64,000 nucleotides of DNA from Eledone cirrhosa (taxonomy: Eukaryota), in assembly GCA_964016885.1 (NCBI GenBank), contig OZ024743.1, positions 209,560,001-209,624,000 on the forward strand, given 5' to 3'. The notes under the pieces are model-generated. The model did not search any database and had not been told where the DNA came from. It saw only the letters and a list, made by a program, of their open reading frames with translations. A program made the translations under genes and the position numbers. This document shows, one piece after another, positions 58,301-64,000 of this stretch. Every line of letters starts with the position of its first letter. Position 1 is the stretch's first letter.

Positions 58301-61300
58301 ATAGCCAGATGAAAGCTCTTCACTCCATAAGATATACCACAGTTTACCATCCTATAGCCACAGATGAAAGCTGTTCAATCCATAAGATATACCACAGTTT
58401 ACCATCCTATAGCCAGATGAAAGCACTTCACTCCATAAGATATACCACAGTTTACCGTCCTATAGCCACAGATGAAAGCTCTTCACTCCATAAGATATAC
58501 CACAGTTTACCATCCTATAGCCACAGATGAAAGCTCTTCACTCCATAAGATATAACACAGTTTACCATCCTATAGCCACAGATGAAAGCTCTTCACTCCA
58601 TAAGATATACCACAGTTTACCATCCTATAGCCACAGATGAAAGCTCTTTACCCCATAAGATATACCACAGTTTACCATCCTATAGCCACACATGAAAGCT
58701 CTTCACCCCATAAGATATACCACAGTTTACCATCCTATTGCCACAGATGAAAGCTGTTCACTCCATAAGATATACCACAGTTTACCTTCCTATAGCCAGA
58801 TGAAAGCTCTTCACTCCATAAGATATACCACAGTTTACCATCCTATAGCCACAGATGAAAGCTCTTCACTCCATAAGATATACCACAGTTTACCATCCTA
58901 TAGCCACAGATGAAAGCTCTTCACTTCATAAGATATACCACAGTTTACCATCCTATAGCCACAGATGAAAGCTCTTCACTCCATAAGATATACCACAGTT
59001 TACCATCCTATAGCCACAGATGAAAGCTCTTCACTCCATAAGATATACCACAGTTTACCATCCTATAGCCACAGATGAAAGCTCTTCACTCCATAAGATA
59101 TACCACAGTTTACCATCCTATAGCCACAGATGAAAGCTCTTCACTCCATAAGATATACCACAGTTTACCATCCTATAACCACAGATGAAAGCTCTTCACC
59201 CCATAAGATATACCACAGTTTACCATCCTATAGCCACACATGAAGGCTCTTCACCCCATAAGATATACCACAGTTTACCATCCTATTGCCACAGATGAAA
59301 GCTGTTCACTCCATAAGATATACCACAGTTTACCATCCTATAGCCACACATGAAAGCTCTTCACTCTATAAGATATACCACAGTTTACCATCCTATAGCC
59401 ACACATGAAATCTCTTCACTCCATAAGATATACCACAGTTTACCATCCTATGGCCACAGATGAAAGCTCTTCACTCCATAAGATATACCAAAGTTTACCA
59501 CCCTATGGCCACAGATGAAAGCTCTTCACTCCATAACATATACCACAGTTTACCATCATATAGCCACACATGAAAGCTCTTCACTCCATAAGATATACCA
59601 CAGTTTACCATCCTATAGCCACAGATGAAAGCTCTTCACTCCATAGGATATACCACAGTTTACCATCCTATAGCCACAGATGAAAGCTCTCCACTCCATA
59701 AGATATACCACAGTTTACCATCCTATAGCCACAGATGAAAGCTCTTCACTCCATAAGATATACCACAGTTTACCATCCTATAGCCACAGATGAAAGCCCT
59801 TCACCCCATAAGATATACCACAGTTTACCATCCTATAGCCACACATGAAAGCTCTTCACCCCATAAGATATACCACAGTTTATCATCATATTGCCACAGA
59901 TGAAAGCTGTTCACTCCATAAGATATACGACAGTTTACCATCCTATAGCCACACATGAAATCTCTTCACTCCATAAGATATACCTCAGTTTACCATCCTA
60001 TAGCCAGATGAAAGCTCTTCACTCCATAAGATATACCACAGTTTACCATCCTATAGCCACAGATGAAATCTGTTCACTCCATAAGGTATACCACAGTTTA
60101 CCATCCTATAGACACAGATGAAAGCTGTTCACTCCATAAGATATACCACAGTTTACCATCCTATAGCCACAGATGAAAGCTCTTCACTCCATAAGATATA
60201 CCACACTTTACCATCCTATAGCCACAGATGAAAGCTCTTCACTCCATAAGATATACCACTGTTTACCATCCTATAGCCACTGATGAAAGCTCTTCACTCC
60301 ATAAGATATGCCACAGTTTACCATCATATAGCCACACATGAAGGCTCTTCACTCCATAAGATATACCACAGTTTACCATCCTATAGTCACACATGAAAGC
60401 TCTTCACTCCATAAGATATACCACAGTTTACCATTTTATAGCCACACATGAAAGCTCTTCACTCCATAAGATATACCACAGTTTACCATCCTATAGCCAG
60501 ATGAAAGCTCTTCACTCCATAAGATATACCACAGTTTACCATCCTATAGCCACAGATGAAAGCTCTTCACTCCATAAGATATACCACAGTTTACCATTCT
60601 ATAGCCACAGATGAAAGCTGTTCACTCCATAAGATATACCACAGTTTACCATCCTATAGCCAGATGAAAGCTCTTCACTTCATAAGATATACCACAGTTT
60701 ACCATCCTATAGCCACAGATGAAAGCTGTTCACTCCATAAGATATACCACAGTTTACCATCCTATAGCCAGATGAATGCTCTTCACTCCATAAGATATAC
60801 CACAGTTTACCATCCTATAGCCACAGATGAAAGCTCTTCACTCCATAAGATATACCACAGTTTACCATCCTATAGCCACAGATGAAAGCTCTTCACTCCA
60901 TGAGATATACCACAGTTTACCATCCTATAGCCACAGATGAAAGCTCTTCACTCCATAAGATATACCACAGTTTACCATCCTATAGCCACAGATGAAAGCT
61001 CTTCACCCCATAAGATATACCACAGTTTACCATCCTATAGCCACATATGAAAGGTCTTCACTCCATAAGATATACCACAGTTTACCATCCTATAGCCACA
61101 GATGAAAGCTCTTCACTCCATAAGATATACCACAGTTTACCATCCTATAGCCACATATGAAAGGTCTTCACTCCATAAGATATACCACAGTTTACCATCC
61201 TATAGCCACAGATGAAAGCTCTTCACTCCATAAGATATACCACAGTTTACCATCCTATAGCCACAGATGAAAGCTCTTCACTCCATAAGATATACCACAG

Positions 61301-62590
61301 TTTACCATCCTATAGCCACATATGAAAGGTCTTCACTCCATAAGATATACCACAGTTTACCATCCTATAGCCACAGATGAAAGCTCTTCACTCCATAAGA
61401 TATACCACAGTTTACCATCCTATAGCCACAGATGAAAGCTCTTCACTCCATAAGATATACCACAGTTTACCATCCTATAGCCACGCCACGGATGAAAGCT
61501 CTTCACTCCATAAGATATACCACAGTTTACCATCCTATAGTCACACATGAAAGCTCTTCACTCCATAAGATATACCACAGTTTACCATTTTATAACCACA
61601 CATGAAAGCTCTTCACTCCATAAGATATACCACAGTTTACCATCCTATAGCCAGATGAAAGCTCTTCACTCCATAAGATATACCACAGTTTACCATCCTA
61701 TAGCCACAGATGAAATCTGTTCACTCCATAAGATATACCACAGTTTACCATCCTATAGCCACAGATGAAAGCTCTTCACTCCATAAGATATACCACACTT
61801 TACCATCCTATAGCCACAGATGAAAGCTCTTCACTCCATAAGATATACCACAGTTTACCATCCTATAGCCACAGATGAAAGCTGTTCACTCCATAAGATA
61901 TACCACAGTTTACCATCCTATAGCCACACATGAAAACTCTTCACTCCATAAGATACACCACAGTTTACCATTCTATAGCCACTGATGAAAGCTGTTCACT
62001 CCATAAGATATACCACAGTTTACCATCCTATAGCCACAGATGAAAGCTCTTCACTCCATAAGATATACCACAGTTTACCATCCTATAGCCACAGATGAAA
62101 GCTGTTCACTCCATAAGATATACCACAGTTTACCATCCTATAGCCAGATGAAAGCTCTTCACTCCATAAGATAACCACAGTTTAACATCATATAGCCACA
62201 GATCAAAGCTGTTCACTCCATAAGATATACCACAGTTTACCATCCTATAGCCAGATGAAAGCTCTTCACTCCATAAGATATACCACAGTTTACCATCCTA
62301 TAGCCACAGATGAAAGCTCTTCACTCCATAAGATATACCACAGTTTACCATCCTATAGCCACAGATGAAAGCTCTTCACCCCATAAGATATACCACAGTT
62401 TACCATCCTATAGCCACAGATGAAAGCTCTTCACCCCATAAGATATACCACAGTTTACCATCCTATAGCCACACATGAAAGCTCTTCACCCCATAAGATA
62501 TACCACACTTTACCATCCTATTGCCACAGATGAAAGCTGTTCACTCCATAAGATATACCACAGTTTACCATCCTATAGCCACACATGAAA
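51520..62590 (+). repeat. Large duplication at 6572-bp offset (about 4.4-kb basic unit plus the nested 2190-bp duplication)
   Basis: ORFs 52120/58692, 53319/59891, 53821/60393 and 53984/60556 all differ by 6572. 54865/61547 differ by 6682, two extra monomers. Confidence 0.92.
54092..58530 (+). repeat. Nested tandem block duplication, period 2190 bp (40 monomers)
   Basis: ORFs pair at 54865/57055 and 55894/58084. A private monomer AAGATAACCACAGTTTAACATCATATAGCCACAGATCAAA lies at 55541/57731. 40x55 + 5 - 1 - 7x2 = 2190. Confidence 0.93.
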
Positions 62591-64000
62591 GCTGTTCACT
62601 CCATAAGATATACCACAGTTTACCATCCTATAGCCAGATGAAAGCTCTTCACTCCATAAGATATACGACAGTTTACCATCCTATAGCCACACATGAAATC
62701 TCTTCACTCCATAAGATATACCTCAGTTTACCATCCTATAGCCACAAATGAAAGCTCTTCACTCCATAAGATATACCACAGTTTACCATCCTATAGCCAC
62801 ACATGAACGCTCTTCACTCCATAAGATATACCACAGTTTACCATCCTATAGCCACACATGAAAGCTCTTCACTCCATAAGATATACCACAGTTTATCATC
62901 CTATAGCCAGATGAAAGCTCTTCACTCCATAAGATATACCACAGTTTACCATCCTATAGCCACAGATGAAATCTGTTCACTCCATAAGATATACCACAGT
63001 TTACCATCCTATAGCCACAGATGAAAGCTGTTCACTCCATAAGATATACCACAGTCTACCATCCTATAGCCACAGATGAAAGCTCTTCACTCCATAAGAT
63101 ATACCACACTTTACCATCCTATAGCCACAGATGAAAGCTCTTCACTCCATACGATATACCACAGTTTTCCATCCTATAGCCACAGATGAAAGCTGTTCAC
63201 TCCATAAGATATACCACAGTTTACCATCCTATAGCCACACATGAAAGCTCTTCACTCCATAAGATATACCACAGTTTACCATCCTATAGCCACAGATGAA
63301 AGCTGTTCACTCCATAAGATATACGACAGTTTACCATCGTATAGCCACAGATGAAAGTTCTTCACTCCATAAGATATACCACAGTTTACCATACTATAGC
63401 CACAGATGAAAGCTGTTCACTCCATAAGATATACCACAGTTTACCATCCTATAGCCAGATGAAAGCTCTTCACTCCATAAGATATACCACAGTTTACCAT
63501 CCTATAGCCACATATGAAAGGTCTTCACTCCATAAGATATACCACACTTTACCATCCTATAGCCACAGATGAAAGCTCTTCACTCCATAAGATATACCAC
63601 AGTTTACCATCCTATAGCGACACATGAAAGCTCTTCACTCCATAAGATATACCACAGTTTACCATCCTATAGCCACACATGAAAGCTCTTCACTCCATAA
63701 GATATACCACTGTTTACCATCCTATAGCCACAGATGAAAGCTCTTCACTCCATAAGATATACCACAGTTTACCATCATATAGCCACACATGAAAGCTCTT
63801 CACTCCATAAGATATACCACAGTTTACCACCCTATGGCCACAGATGAAAGCTCTTCACTCCATAAGATATACCACAGTTTACCATCCTGTGGCCACGCCA
63901 CGGATGAAAGCTCTTCACTCCATAAGATATACCACAGTTTACAATCCTATAGCCACAGATGAAAGCTCTTCACTCCATAAGATATACCACAGTTTACCAT

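Larger units (their letters stand above)
1..64000 (+). repeat. Tandem satellite DNA array, 55-bp monomer with 53- and 60-bp variants, ~1,160 copies; runs off both ends of the window
   Basis: ATGAAAGCTCTTCACTCCATAAGATATACCACAGTTTACCATCCTATAGCCACA(C/G) repeats head to tail throughout, typically with 0-3 substitutions per copy. I saw no inversion or unique insert. The copy number is simply 64000/55. Confidence 0.99.

Noticed and set aside
820-63572. All + strand ORFs (MKALHSIRYTTVYHPIAT... repeats, 60-165 aa) as protein-coding genes
   Set aside because: They are translations of the satellite. The 55-bp unit shifts frame each copy and reaches a stop by the third monomer unless a 53- or 60-mer intervenes. 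There is no unique domain, no gene context and no frame maintained along the array.
1-64000. CRISPR array (regular period with a palindromic segment)
   Set aside because: The entire unit is repeated. There are no unique spacers, leader or cas genes.
1-64000. Telomeric repeat or G-quadruplex array suggested by the C/G strand skew (16 C versus 6 G per monomer)
   Set aside because: There is no short telomere-type unit, and the minus strand of the consensus has only widely spaced GG doublets, not GGG tracts.
1-64000. tRNA, 5S rRNA, SINE or spliced-leader gene array
   Set aside because: The unit is too short, and I found no cloverleaf, Pol III A/B boxes, oligo-T terminator or convincing Sm site.
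1-64000. CENP-B box
   Set aside because: The motif needs TTCG....A..CGGG. The consensus has no CpG, and the 60-mer's CACGCCACGG does not fit.
1-64000. Embedded transposon, inversion or unique insert
   Set aside because: Reading through the window, I found no departure from the monomer longer than a few bases and no strand switch.

Overview
The whole 64 kb is one uninterrupted, head-to-tail satellite DNA array of roughly 1,160 monomers, all in the same orientation. The 55-bp consensus is ATGAAAGCTCTTCACTCCATAAGATATACCACAGTTTACCATCCTATAGCCACA(C/G): 40% GC, C-rich on the + strand, no CpG. Two length variants recur, 53 bp (ending ...TATAGCCAG) and 60 bp (ending ...TATAGCCACGCCACGG). I see no genes, RNA genes, transposons, CRISPR spacers or unique sequence. 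Every ORF in the track is a by-product of the repeat. The informative structure is in the variant pattern. There are recent near-perfect tandem block duplications (2957, 2320, 1326, 3263/3699, 1593, 2190 and 6572 bp; where I counted the monomers, each was a whole number), an older conserved order of variant monomers, and an incipient 108-bp (55+53) dimer. There is also a left-to-right change from a heterogeneous CACAC/GAGAG-type domain to a more homogeneous CACAG/GCTGTT-type domain. This looks like eukaryotic centromeric, pericentromeric or other heterochromatic satellite. I do not recognise the family or the host and found no evidence for a new gene-based system. Block boundaries were read by eye and are accurate to about one monomer.
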